DNA of 64,000 nucleotides from Candidatus Marinacidobacterium sp. (GTDB lineage: Bacteria; Acidobacteriota; Vicinamibacteria; Marinacidobacterales; Marinacidobacteraceae): contig OZ242011.1 in the NCBI GenBank assembly GCA_965204755.1, forward strand, positions 928,001 through 992,000, written 5' to 3'. This document shows positions 28,701 through 35,432 of the stretch, piece after piece. Each line of letters begins with the position of its first letter. Within the stretch, counting starts at the first letter, position 1. Under the pieces are notes generated by a model, which saw only the letters and a program-made list of their open reading frames with translations, made no database searches and was not told the DNA's origin. A program made the position numbers and the translations under genes.

Positions 28701-31175
28701 CGCGTAGGCGGAGAGACTCAGGTTCGCCTTGACGCCGCCGGCGGTTTGGATCGTTCCGCCGTTCAACTCGAGGGCGGACGCCCCCATGCTGATGCCGTTC
28801 GCATCTTCGTCCTCCGCCTGCACCCGGTATTGGAAGTAGAGGATGGGTGCGGCGTAGGTGACGAAACTGGCGTAGCGGGTCGCGGTCCCGATACCCAGCG
28901 CCACTCGCGGCGTGCCGGTGACCACGACCGTTTGGGACGCAGACATCGAGATCTGGATACGGTTTCCGGCGATGGCGACTGCATTGCTGTGTTGGCCGTC
29001 GTAATTCGACACATGAATGTTGGTCATCGTCGGCCCGGCCGGCGCCGCGGCGCCGTCCACCGTGAAGCGGGGGTCGTCGGTGATCGCGTGGTTTCCGAGG
29101 TCGAGCGCCGCGTTGTGCGCCGCGGCCGAGGTATCCCGGATCGTCCCGCCGTTCAGCGCGAGCGCCGAAGCGCCGACGCTCACCCCGTTCGGGTCGGCGT
29201 CCCCGGTTGCCACGGTGTAGCGGAAGACCAGCGCGTTCGTGCCGCTGCCGGAGGCGTAGGCCGCCTGCCGGGTGTTCGCGCCGATCGCGAGCGCCGCCTG
29301 CGGGGTCCCGGTTACCGCCACCGGCTCGCTGAAGTCCACGGTTACCGCCAGGGAGTCCCCGGCGCGGAAGACGCCGCCGGCCCCGCTCGGCGACCCGGAG
29401 AGCGCCGCCCCGGTAACCGTCGCCCCGGTAACCGTCGGCGCGGTCTCGTCCGCCGCGCCGCCGTCCACGACGAAGGCCGGGTCGTCGGTGATCGCGTGAC
29501 CCGAAAGGTCGATCTCCGCCGCGCCGTCGGAGTCCCCGATCGTCCCCCCGTTCAGCGCCAGCGCCGAAGCGGAAACGGAGATGCCGTCGGCGTCGGAGTC
29601 GCCGGCGGCCACGGTGTAGCGGAACGCCAGCGTCGTCGTCCCGCTGCCCGAGGAGTACGGCGCCTGCCGGGTTCCGTCGCCGAGCCCGAGCGCCACCTGC
29701 GGCGCCCCGGTAACCGCCGCCGCCTGGTCGAACTCCACCCGGACCTCGACGGCGTCGCCGGCGATGAAGACCCCGTTCGCGCCCTGCCCGGTCCCCGCGA
29801 GGGACACGCCGACCACCTTCGGGACGCCGCCGTCCCCGTCCACGACGAAGGAGGAGTCGTCGGTGATCGCGTAACTGCCGAGGTCGAGCGCCGCGGCGCC
29901 TTCGGAGTCCCCGATACTCCCCCCGGCCAGCGTCAGCGCCGAAGCCCCGACGGAGACGCCGTCGGGGTCGGCGTCGGAGGCGGCCACCGTGTAGCGGAAC
30001 GCCAGCGTCGCCGTCCCGCTGCCGGAGGCGTAGTCCGCCTGCCGGGCGGTCGTCCCGACGGTGATCTCGACCTGCGGCGTCCCGCTCACCGTCGCCGGCT
30101 GGTCGAACTCCACCCGGACTTCGAGCGCGTCGCCGGCGACGAAGGCGCCGCCGGAACCGGTCCCGGTCCCCGCGAGCGTCACCCCGGCCACCCGCGGGGC
30201 GCCGCCGTCGCCGTCCACCGTGAAGTTCGGGTCGCCGGAGATCTCGTAACCGGAGAGGCCGAGCGCCGCGTTGCCGTCCGCGTCCCGGATGGCCCCCCCG
30301 TTCAGGGTCAGCGCCGCAGCCGGGACGCCCACCCCGTCGGAGTCGGCGTCGGAGGCGGCCACCGTGTAGCGGAACGCCAGCGTGGTCGTCCCGCTGCCGG
30401 AGGCGTAGTCCGCCTGCCGGGTCCGGGTCCCGACGGTGAGCGCGGCCTGCGGCGTCCCGATCACCGCCGCCGGCTGGTCGAACGACACCCGGACTTCGAT
30501 GGCGTCCCCGGCGATGAAGGCCCCGCCCGCGCCGGTCCCGCTCCCGGCGAGCGAGACCCCGGTTACCCGCGGCGGGCCGCCGTCCCCGTCCACCACCGCG
30601 TTGCCGTCGGTGATCGCGTAGCCGGAGAGGCTCAGGTCGGCGGCGACCCCGTTGGAGGAGATCGTCCCGCCGTTCGCCTCGAGCGCCGAGGCCCCGATGC
30701 TGAGGCCGTCCGCGTCCTCGTCCTCGACCACCACCCGGTAGGTGAACGCCAGCACCCCCGACCCCCGGTTCGCCGACCAGCCGGCGTACCGCGTCCGGCT
30801 CCCGATGCCGAGCGCCACCCGCGGCGCGCCGACCGCGGCCACCAGCGGGTCGTTGAACCGCACCCGCACCTCGATGTCGTCCCCCGCCACGAACACCCCG
30901 CCCGACCCGCTCCCGCTCCCCACCAGGTCCACCCCGCTCACCCGCGCCGGCGTCGCCTGCGCCGCCCCCGCGCGAGCGCCCGTTCCGGCCGTCCCGGCCG
31001 TCCCGGCGCCGGCGGACGAAACCGCCCCCGAAACCGCCCCCGAAGCCGCCCCCGAAACCCCCGCCGAAACGGCCAGCCCCAGGACGGCGCCGGCGAACGC
31101 CGACGCCCCCCGAAGTCCCCGGAGCCCCCGGAGCCCGAGGAGCCCGCGGACGGCCCCGAACATCGGCCCCGACAC
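19620..31175 (-). CDS. Giant Ig-like repeat surface protein/adhesin, N-terminal segment (signal-peptide-like start, ~30 repeats); true frame continues past a frameshift at ~19755
   Basis: 3851-aa ORF. Basic then hydrophobic N-terminus (LRGLRGASAFAGAVLGLAVSAG...AAQA) followed by tandem repeats PTVTGxxLSG..GxFxAGDxIExxVxFSEPVTVTGTPxLALxVG...YASGSGTxxLxFRYTVxxGDxDxDGI...LxLNGGTIxDxAGNxAxLxLG. The repeat consensus is lost abruptly at SLVF|ATPW. The real start may be ATG 31365 via the poly-G tract. Confidence 0.85.
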   Translation of the reverse strand: MSGPMFGAVRGLLGLRGLRGLRGASAFAGAVLGLAVSAGVSGAASGAVSGAVSSAGAGTAGTAGTGARAGAAQATPARVSGVDLVGSGSGSGGVFVAGDDIEVRVRFNDPLVAAVGAPRVALGIGSRTRYAGWSANRGSGVLAFTYRVVVEDEDADGLSIGASALEANGGTISSNGVAADLSLSGYAITDGNAVVDGDGGPPRVTGVSLAGSGTGAGGAFIAGDAIEVRVSFDQPAAVIGTPQAALTVGTRTRQADYASGSGTTTLAFRYTVAASDADSDGVGVPAAALTLNGGAIRDADGNAALGLSGYEISGDPNFTVDGDGGAPRVAGVTLAGTGTGSGGAFVAGDALEVRVEFDQPATVSGTPQVEITVGTTARQADYASGSGTATLAFRYTVAASDADPDGVSVGASALTLAGGSIGDSEGAAALDLGSYAITDDSSFVVDGDGGVPKVVGVSLAGTGQGANGVFIAGDAVEVRVEFDQAAAVTGAPQVALGLGDGTRQAPYSSGSGTTTLAFRYTVAAGDSDADGISVSASALALNGGTIGDSDGAAEIDLSGHAITDDPAFVVDGGAADETAPTVTGATVTGAALSGSPSGAGGVFRAGDSLAVTVDFSEPVAVTGTPQAALAIGANTRQAAYASGSGTNALVFRYTVATGDADPNGVSVGASALALNGGTIRDTSAAAHNAALDLGNHAITDDPRFTVDGAAAPAGPTMTNIHVSNYDGQHSNAVAIAGNRIQISMSASQTVVVTGTPRVALGIGTATRYASFVTYAAPILYFQYRVQAEDEDANGISMGASALELNGGTIQTAGGVKANLSLSAYAFTDGPLMVDGDGAPPSVAGVTVSGAGRGPSGSFIAGDTLEVRVAFDQPVTVTGTPQVALTVGGATRHAAYSLGSGTTTLVFRYTVAAGDTDTDGVSVGASALTLNGGSIADEDGAASLGLGDHAIADDPALLVDGGAAAVSGPTVTGVSLSGQGNGGAGGAIFRAGDEITAAVEFNRAATVTGTPQLALAIGTATRQASYASGSGTTTLRFTYTVAAGDADADGISIGASALTLNGGTIADADGNAATAETLSLGSRAVTNDFRFRVQGSYQDLSGPRVTGVSLSGTGTGANGVFTAGDRITVTVDFHEAATVTGTPRAALAVGAATRQADYASGSGTASLAFRYTVAAGDADSDGVSVGASALALNGGTITDAAGNAASLGLGAHAIADDDDYTVDGGAADAAGPTVTGLTLSGSGSGTGGVLVAGDRLEASVTFSEAVTVTGTPQLALTIGAATKPADYSSGSGTTSLAFAYTVVTADDDANGISVAASALSLNGGTIADASGNAASLGLGSHAITDGDLAVDGDGSDTLAPTVTGLSLSGVANGAGGAFVPGDAIEATVTFSEAVTVTGTPQLALTVGSATRQADYASGSGTTELVFAYTVASGDTDTNGISVTASALAAPPGATVRDRAGNDAALALGGHALRDQGGYTVDGTAADTRSPTVVGVSLSGTGTADYGAFRAGDGIEVTARFDEIVTVTGTPQVALTVGAATKQADYASGSGTTSLVFRYTVAAADTDANGISVTASALALNGGTIADGAATPNDAALALGTHAITDHPDFKVDGSAGAAQPAVVGAALAGVKKNDRNNYIAGDVLEATITFSEPVTVTGTPRLALTGHEGNTRGTRHANYASGSGTASLVFRYRVEARDWFRNGLSVGASALALNGGTILDAAGNAAALDLGSHALARDGDFSLRGQNRDQVAPTVVGLTLSGAGTGAGGVFRAGDAIEAAVEFDEPVRVTGAPQLALTIGSATRQADYASGSGTATLAFRYTVASGDADANGIGVGASALALNGGTIKDFIGDGDWSQHATPNDAALGLGTHAIANDAAFTVNGAAADGAAPTITGVTLSGTGTGPGGVFVAGDEITVTVEFSEPVTKTGSGAAFVHLNHNTQLAELVSGSGTSSLVFRYTVLATDADADGISTGILQLWRGVTLRDAAGNDASLDPGSHAVANHPDFVLDGDGADATSPTVAGVTLSGSGRGANGVFIAGDEIEVTVTFTEAVTVTGTPQAALTVGADTRRADYASGSGTNALVFRYAVAAGDTDANGVGIGASALTLNGGTIADAAGNAAALGLGTHAITDGGPVVAGGATDTVVPTVTGAALSGAAPAPQGANGVFIAGDVLEATVSFSEPVTVTGTPRLALAVGTATRYASYASGSGTSALVFRYAVVAGDADANGVSAGASALSLAGGTIRDRANNNAALGLGAHAIADDSGATVNGAAADTAAPTITGLTISGTGSGPGGVFVNGDEILFTVEFSERITEHSVGGVPELVVSSLSPSTPAYMQGIRSGTSHLGFVLEVSRFHSAPSGVGASGIRIPGAGHIRDAAGNDAALDLGSHAITSDPDFVVRGGAEGPAVTGVTVGGVASGAGGVFIAGDDLEITVEFHEPATVTGTPRAALAVGRVLRYADYARGSGTSALVFRYTVAPEDRDPNGVSLGDSALRLNGGTVADASGNAAALGLGEHAVTDGGAAVDGSGTDAAAPTVTGLALSGSGQGEGGVFTAGDLVEAAVTFSERVTVTGAPRLALTVGTAARYADYALGSGTRTLRFRYRVARGDADDDGISVAASALDRSGGTIRDRANRDALPGLGAHAVTDDRRFRVEGGAEDTVAPRVTGLRLAGTGSAAGGVFTSGDRISITVEFSEPVTVTTGANLLVFLTGHTGTARRPSGSGTSSLTFRWTVPTPAPGDRILDADGIGFLANSLGVEAGPGRSAGPIVDAAGNAASLDLSAHLHHGFIVGAPRFRVDTAAADVRAPAVAGVTVSGTARGADGAFLAGDALVVTVDFSEEVTVTGAPRVALGIGSATRYATYASGSGTASLVFRYAVVRADADADGITLAASALRANGGRIADGSLAADLDLGEHAAAAGGAVVDGAGRAAASVTGVTLSAVGTAPQGANGVFISGDAIDAAVTFSEPVTVDATGGTPRLALTVGSAARPADYRSGSGSTTLTFRYTVARGDADPDGVAVAASALALNGGTITDRAGRNAALGLGARALPDDAAFRVDGSVDRIAPRVTGAALSGTGQGAAPSVNAPRAFIAGDEIALTVEFSEPVTVTGTPQAALTVGEAARRADYASGSGTSSLVFRYTVAAGDEDANGVSVAASALSRNGGTNGGTIADPAGNLAALDLGSHAIPDAAAFPVDGDGADRRPPTVTGLTAGGEPSGPARTSVPGDFLEFTVDFDEPVTVTGTPRLVLTVGAATRYANYRAAGSGPSSLLFRYTVAAGDTDANGVSVAADALELNRGTIRDAAGNAAERGLGAHAIADGDLAARPVDGSGSDTVAPTVTGVSLSAVGTAPQGANGVFIAGDAFEATVSFSEPVTVTGTPQLELAVGLLTRPAAYQSGSGTTRLVFAYAVAAGDSDPNGLGVPAAALTRNGGTIRDDAGNDAALGLGAHAVADAAGFPVDAAAGDRVGPTVVGARLAGNPDGGSGGREGVVFVAGNELEAVVVFSEEVTVTGTPQAAITVGAATRLADYAAGSGTDSLTFRYLVVRGDADPNGAGLPASALALNGGTIADASGNAAALGLGPHAVADHPDFPVDGAAADLQAPTVTGVTLSGTGQGAGGAFIAGDAIEAAVEFSERVTVTGTPRLALAVGVGVGAPTRQADYASGSGTRSLVFRYTVVSGDADADGVAVPASALALNGGSITDASGNAADLAGGATSRDGIADDGGFVVAGGGADAAAPTVTGVTVGGEAQGANGTFVLGDVLEVTVEFSEPVTVTGSPQVALTIGSAIRQAAYASGSGTTSLVFATPWPPATPTRTGSASARRRSPAGRSGTGRRLRTTRRAASAPTR

Positions 31176-31325
31176 CGGACGGACCCCCGGCCCCCGCCCT
31201 ACCGGCGCGGGGCGGGGCGAACCCCCTCCCCGCGCCCTGCCCCGCGCGACCCCCTGCGCGATTCCCCGACCGACTCGCCGACCGGCGCCCCGCGCCGCCC
31301 GGCGCGCCCTACCGGATGATTTTCC

Positions 31326-31349
31326 GGGGGGGGGGGGGGGGGGGGGGGG
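31326..31349. repeat. Poly-G24 homopolymer (poly-C on coding strand) just downstream of ATG 31365; candidate phase-variation tract
   Basis: Directly visible. The frame of the giant ORF is stop-free from 31364 through the tract to 31175; ATG at 31365 is 1 nt out of frame with G24. Confidence 0.9.
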
Positions 31350-31504
31350 TAGCCCTGTTACCCATCACCGGACGAAACCGCGCCCCCAAGACGACCGCCG
31401 CGACCGCCGCGACCGCCGCGCCGACCGCGCCGGGGCGCCGCCCCCCGCGAAGACCACCCCGCCCTCCCCGCGCCGCCCGGCGAGCCCTACCGGCAGTTTT
31501 TTCC

Positions 31505-31526
31505 GGGGGGGGGGGGGGGGGGGGGG
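31505..31526. repeat. Poly-G22 homopolymer just downstream of ATG 31542; second candidate phase-variation tract
   Basis: Directly visible; same flanks as the first tract (cgccgcccggcgNgccctaccgg...ttttcc-Gn-Yagccctg). Confidence 0.9.
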
Positions 31527-31838
31527 CAGCCCTGAGCCTCATCGCAAGGCGAAGACGCGCGGCGCGTGGTCATGTGCGGCAGGTATCGGAAAACGCCCGC
31601 CCGCGCCGCCGCGCGGCCTTTCCCCGGCCCGACCCCGACGCGCCGGCGGGCGAGCCGCCCAAAATACCGGAATCCCCCCCGAATTTCCACCCCTAACCCC
31701 CGCGGCCCCTCCCCCGCCCCGAGGAGAGCGCCCTCTCCGGGCCCTGCCGCGAATCGCCGCGCGATTCCCCCCGCCGTCTTTCGCCGGAAGGGGGACACCC
31801 CTCCCCGCGCGCCTCCCGGCGACCCTCCCCGGTCGCCG

Positions 31839-33008
31839 CTACCCGCCGACGGACGCTCCCCCGATGTTCTCGTTGTCGCCGTCGTCCTCCGGCGGCGGCG
31901 CGTTCTCCAGGATGAAGTCCATCAGGCTGGGAATCCCCGGCTCCCAACTCAGCGTCCCCCGCGCCTGCCAAACGAACCCGAGACGCTCCAGCGCCTCCGC
32001 CGCCTCGCCGATACCCGGCCTGCCCCCGCCGCTTCGCGCAACGGCCCGGCGGAAGGCCGCGTGGCTCAACAGGCCCTCCTCCGGAAACGCCGCCGCCACC
32101 GCCCGCGCCGCCGGGAGCAACTCCCTCTTCTCCAGTTCCCGGTAGCGGTCGATGTAGTAGTCGTTCCGCTCCGCCTCGAACTCCCCGACGGCTTCCTCCA
32201 CGACGGCCATCGTCACCGCGCCCGCTCCGCCGCCGGCCCCGCGCACCCGGTCCCACGCCGCGTGTCCCCACAACTGCACGAAGAACGGATACCCGTGGCT
32301 CTCCCGGACCATGCGCCCCAGCGCCTCCTCCTCGACCCCGATCCCGTCCTCGGCCAACGGCCGGCGGATCGCCTCCCCGGCGGCCCCCTCGTCCAACCGG
32401 CCCACCGGGAGTTTCTTGGCCCGGTTCCAGAAGGACGCCCCCATCTCGGAGAGCCGCGCCCGCAGGTCGGGCGTCCCGGCGAGAACCAACAGGAACGGCG
32501 CCCGGCGGCCGGCGGTCTGCGCGGCGTTCAGCAACCACTGCCCCACCTCCGGCTTCAGCGTATGCGCCTCGTCCAACAGGATCAGCAGGGGTTTCGCCTT
32601 CGCCCGCGCCTCCAGCGCCTCCGCGAGCAACAACGGCCGATCCTCGCCCCGCCGCAGCGAAAACCCCACCCCCGCAACCGAAACGCTCTCCGGCGCGATC
32701 TTCCGCAGCCACGAACCGAGCCCCAGCCGGGCCACGAAGTCGCCCGGCGACGGGATCTCCGACCCGACCAGCCAATGCGCGTCCAGCCCGCCGTCGCTCT
32801 CGGCCTCGCCCTCGACCCAGGCCAGCAGCGCCGTCTTCCCGTTACCCCGCGGCCCGTAGACGACGAGCAACCGCGCAACGGGAACGCCGCTCCGCAGGTC
32901 GTCCGATGCCTCGCGGAAAAGCGCCTGCTCCTCTTCCCGTCCGGCCATGTACGGGGGCAGCCTCCCGGTACCGGGCTGGAACGGGCCGAGTTCGGTCGAA
33001 ACGACCAT
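31839..33008 (-). CDS. AAA/P-loop ATP-binding protein (AAA_16-like, STAND-like architecture), paralog A, 389 aa
   Basis: PFQPGTG..PPYMAGRE, Walker A GPRGNGKT, Walker B LILLDEAH, SHGYPFFVQLWG; start MVVSTELGPF chosen by alignment to paralogs. Confidence 0.88.
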   Translation of the reverse strand: MVVSTELGPFQPGTGRLPPYMAGREEEQALFREASDDLRSGVPVARLLVVYGPRGNGKTALLAWVEGEAESDGGLDAHWLVGSEIPSPGDFVARLGLGSWLRKIAPESVSVAGVGFSLRRGEDRPLLLAEALEARAKAKPLLILLDEAHTLKPEVGQWLLNAAQTAGRRAPFLLVLAGTPDLRARLSEMGASFWNRAKKLPVGRLDEGAAGEAIRRPLAEDGIGVEEEALGRMVRESHGYPFFVQLWGHAAWDRVRGAGGGAGAVTMAVVEEAVGEFEAERNDYYIDRYRELEKRELLPAARAVAAAFPEEGLLSHAAFRRAVARSGGGRPGIGEAAEALERLGFVWQARGTLSWEPGIPSLMDFILENAPPPEDDGDNENIGGASVGG

Positions 33009-33052
33009 GCCCGCCAAGTATGGAAACGCCGACCGGCGAACGCCGCGAGCCG

Positions 33053-34204
33053 CTATCCGCCCCCGGCTTCCTCGTCGTCCGGCGGCGGCGCGTGCTCCAG
33101 GATGTAGTCCATCAGACTGGGAATCCCCGGCTCCCAACTCGGCGTCCCCCGCGTCTTCCAGACGAAACCCAGGTGTTCGAGGGCCGCCGCGGCCTCGAGT
33201 TCGGCGGCCCGGTCCCCGCCCGGCGCCGCCCGCCGGATCGCCTTCCCGAACCCGGCGTGCGGGAGCCGCTCCCGGTCGCGGAACGCCAGAGCCACTTCGC
33301 GCGCCGCCCCGAGCCATCCCTGCCGGTCCAACTCGTCGAACCGGTCGAGGTAGTAGCGGTTCCGCGCCGCCTCGAACTCCCCGGCGGCTTCCTCCACGAC
33401 GGCCATCGTCACCGGCCCCCCTCCGTCGCCGGCCCCGCGGACCCGGTCCCACGCCGCCTGTCCCCACAACTGGACGAAGAACGGATACCCGTGGCTCTCC
33501 CGAACGATGCGCGCCAGCGCCTCGTCCTCGATGCCGATCCCGTCCTCGGCCAGCGGCCGGCGGATCGCCTCCCCGGCGGCTGCCTCGTCCAACCGGCCGA
33601 GCGGGAGTTGCCTGGCCCGGTTCCAGAAAGACGCTTCCATCTCGGAGAGCCGAGCCCGCAGGTCGGGCGTCCCGGCGAGAACCAACAGGAACGGCGCCCG
33701 GCGGCCGGCGGTCTGCGCGGCGTTCAGCAACCACTGCCCCACCTCCGGCTTCAGCGTATGCGCCTCGTCCAACAGGATCAGCAGGGGCTTCGACTTCGCC
33801 CGCGCCTCCAGCGCCTCCGCCAGCAACAACGGCCGATCCTCGCCCCCGCGCAGCGAAACCGCCACCCCCGCAACCGAAACGCTCTCCGGCGCGATCTTCC
33901 GCAGCCACGAACCGAGCCCCAAACGGGCCACGAAGTCGCCCGGCGCCGGGATCTCCGACCCGACCAGCCAATGCGCATCCAGCCCGTCGTCCGCATCGGC
34001 CTCCCGCTTCACCCACCGGAGCAGCGCCGTCTTCCCGTTGCCCCGCGGCCCGTAGAGCAGGATCGGGGCGGGGACCGACCGACCGCGTCGAAGCGCGTCG
34101 AAGTACCTGCGAAACAGCGACTGTTCCTCTTCCCGTCCGGCCAAGTACGGAGGCAAAACCCCGGTACCGGGCTGGAACGGGCTCAGTTCGGTCGGAACGG
34201 CCAT
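33053..34204 (-). CDS. AAA/P-loop ATP-binding protein, paralog B, 383 aa
   Basis: Walker A GPRGNGKT, Walker B LILLDEAH, GYPFFVQLWG; highly similar to neighbours. Confidence 0.9.
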   Translation of the reverse strand: MAVPTELSPFQPGTGVLPPYLAGREEEQSLFRRYFDALRRGRSVPAPILLYGPRGNGKTALLRWVKREADADDGLDAHWLVGSEIPAPGDFVARLGLGSWLRKIAPESVSVAGVAVSLRGGEDRPLLLAEALEARAKSKPLLILLDEAHTLKPEVGQWLLNAAQTAGRRAPFLLVLAGTPDLRARLSEMEASFWNRARQLPLGRLDEAAAGEAIRRPLAEDGIGIEDEALARIVRESHGYPFFVQLWGQAAWDRVRGAGDGGGPVTMAVVEEAAGEFEAARNRYYLDRFDELDRQGWLGAAREVALAFRDRERLPHAGFGKAIRRAAPGGDRAAELEAAAALEHLGFVWKTRGTPSWEPGIPSLMDYILEHAPPPDDEEAGGG

Positions 34205-34213
34205 CGCCCGCCA

Positions 34214-34219
34214 AGTATA
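34214..34219 (-). promoter_or_regulatory. -10 box TATACT in the repeated intergenic unit preceding each ATPase copy (also 35403-35408; CATACT at 33017-33022)
   Basis: Conserved spacer TAGCSGCTCGC...CGGCGTT(C/T)C(T/C)ATACTTGGCGGRC(G)ATG before all three copies; 8-9 nt from the start codon. Confidence 0.6.
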
Positions 34220-34250
34220 GGAACGCCGAGCGCCGATCGCCGGCGAGCGG

Positions 34251-35393
34251 CTACCCGTCGCCGGCTTCCTCCTCGTCCGGCGGCGGCGCGTTCTCCAGGA
34301 TGAAGTCCATCAGGCTGGGAATCCCCGGCTCCCAACTCAGCGTCCCCTTCGCCTGCCAAACGAACCCGAGATGCTCCAGCGCCTTGGCCGCCTCGCCGAT
34401 CCCCGGCCCGTCGCCGGCGCTTCGTTCGAGCGTCCGGTCGAGCGCGGCGTCGCTGAGACGGGCCTCGTCCCGAAACGCCGCCGCCACCGCCCGTGCCGCC
34501 GGGAGCAGGTCCCTCTCCTCCAGTTCCCGGTAGCGGTCGGAGCAGTAGTCGTTCCGCTCCGCCTCGAACTCTCCGGCGGCCTCTTCCACCACCGCCATCG
34601 TCACCGACTCCCGTCCGCCGCCGGCCCCGCGCACCCGGTCCCACACCGCGTGTCCCCACAACTGCACGAAGAACGGATACCCGTGGCTCTCCCGGACCAT
34701 CCGCCCCAGCGCCTCCTCCTCGACCCCGATCCCGTCCTCGGCCAACGGCCGGCGAATCGCCTCCCCGGCGGCCCCCTCGTCCAACCGGCCGAGCAGGAGT
34801 TGCTCCGCCCGGCCCATGAAGCCCGCCCCCATCTCGAACAGGCGCAGCGGCAAGTCGGGCGTCCCGGCGAGAACGAGCAGGAACGGCGCCCGGCCGCCGG
34901 CGTACTGCGCGGCGTTCAGCAGCCACAACCCCAACTCCGGCTCCAAGGCGTGCGCTTCGTCCAGAAGGACCAACAGCGGCCTGGCTTTCGCGCGCGCCTC
35001 GAGCGCCTCCTCGAGCGGCGGCCGGAAGTCGCTCCGGCGCAGGGGCGCGCCGACTCCGCCGGACGAAAGGCCATCGGGCTCGATCGTCCCGATCCACGAG
35101 CCGAGCCGCAGGCGGCTCACCAGGTCGGCCGGCGCCGCGAGGTCGGTCCCGACCAGCCACCGGACATCCAACCCGCCCTCCGCTTCGACCTCCCGCTGCG
35201 CCCACCGGAGCAGCGCGGTCTTCCCGTTGCCGAGCGGCCCGCAGAGGAGGATGGAGGCGGGGACCGACCGACCGCGTCGAAGAGCGTCGAAATGGCTGTG
35301 GAAAAGCGACTGCTCCTCTTCCCGTCCGGCCAAGTAGGGAGGCTGCCTCCCGGTACCGGGCTGGAACGGACTGAGTTCAGCCGGAACGGACAT
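34251..35393 (-). CDS. AAA/P-loop ATP-binding protein, paralog C, 380 aa
   Basis: Walker A GPLGNGKT, Walker B LVLLDEAH, GYPFFVQLWG. Confidence 0.9.
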   Translation of the reverse strand: MSVPAELSPFQPGTGRQPPYLAGREEEQSLFHSHFDALRRGRSVPASILLCGPLGNGKTALLRWAQREVEAEGGLDVRWLVGTDLAAPADLVSRLRLGSWIGTIEPDGLSSGGVGAPLRRSDFRPPLEEALEARAKARPLLVLLDEAHALEPELGLWLLNAAQYAGGRAPFLLVLAGTPDLPLRLFEMGAGFMGRAEQLLLGRLDEGAAGEAIRRPLAEDGIGVEEEALGRMVRESHGYPFFVQLWGHAVWDRVRGAGGGRESVTMAVVEEAAGEFEAERNDYCSDRYRELEERDLLPAARAVAAAFRDEARLSDAALDRTLERSAGDGPGIGEAAKALEHLGFVWQAKGTLSWEPGIPSLMDFILENAPPPDEEEAGDG

Positions 35394-35432
35394 CGTCCGC
35401 CAAGTATAGGAACGCCGACCGCCGGCGAGCCG

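Larger units (their letters stand above)
1..30950 (-). repeat. Intragenic tandem array of ~375-bp coding repeats (approximately 80 units)
   Basis: Recurring + strand blocks gtagcggaagaccagc, gtcccgctgccggaggcgtag, ccggtaaccgttaccggctcg and gatcgtcccgccgttcag with ~370-390 bp period; unit number estimated from length/period. Confidence 0.95.
31309..31542 (-). other. Short leader ORF (77 aa) spanning both poly-C tracts; probable out-of-phase 5' end of the giant gene
   Basis: MRLRAAPPPPPPP...AVGAAVAAVAAVVLGA...MGNRATPPPPPPPRKIIR*; stops at TAG 31309-31311 in the present phase. Confidence 0.5.

Noticed and set aside
1-31000. Possible CRISPR array or diversity-generating retroelement suggested by periodic palindromes and variable units
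   Set aside because: Period is ~375 bp and in-frame coding; no cas genes, no reverse transcriptase, and no adenine-specific template/variable repeat pair seen.
2011-31319. Very long + strand ORFs (3106, 2668, 2694, 939 aa) and dozens of ~110-aa + strand ORFs
   Set aside because: Antisense shadows of the GC-rich repetitive gene; they mirror its periodicity, and lack of stops follows from codon bias.
33009-34214. 791-aa ORF implying a long N-terminal extension of ATPase paralog A
   Set aside because: The extension is an off-frame overlap of paralog B; alignment and the promoter unit place the start at 33008.
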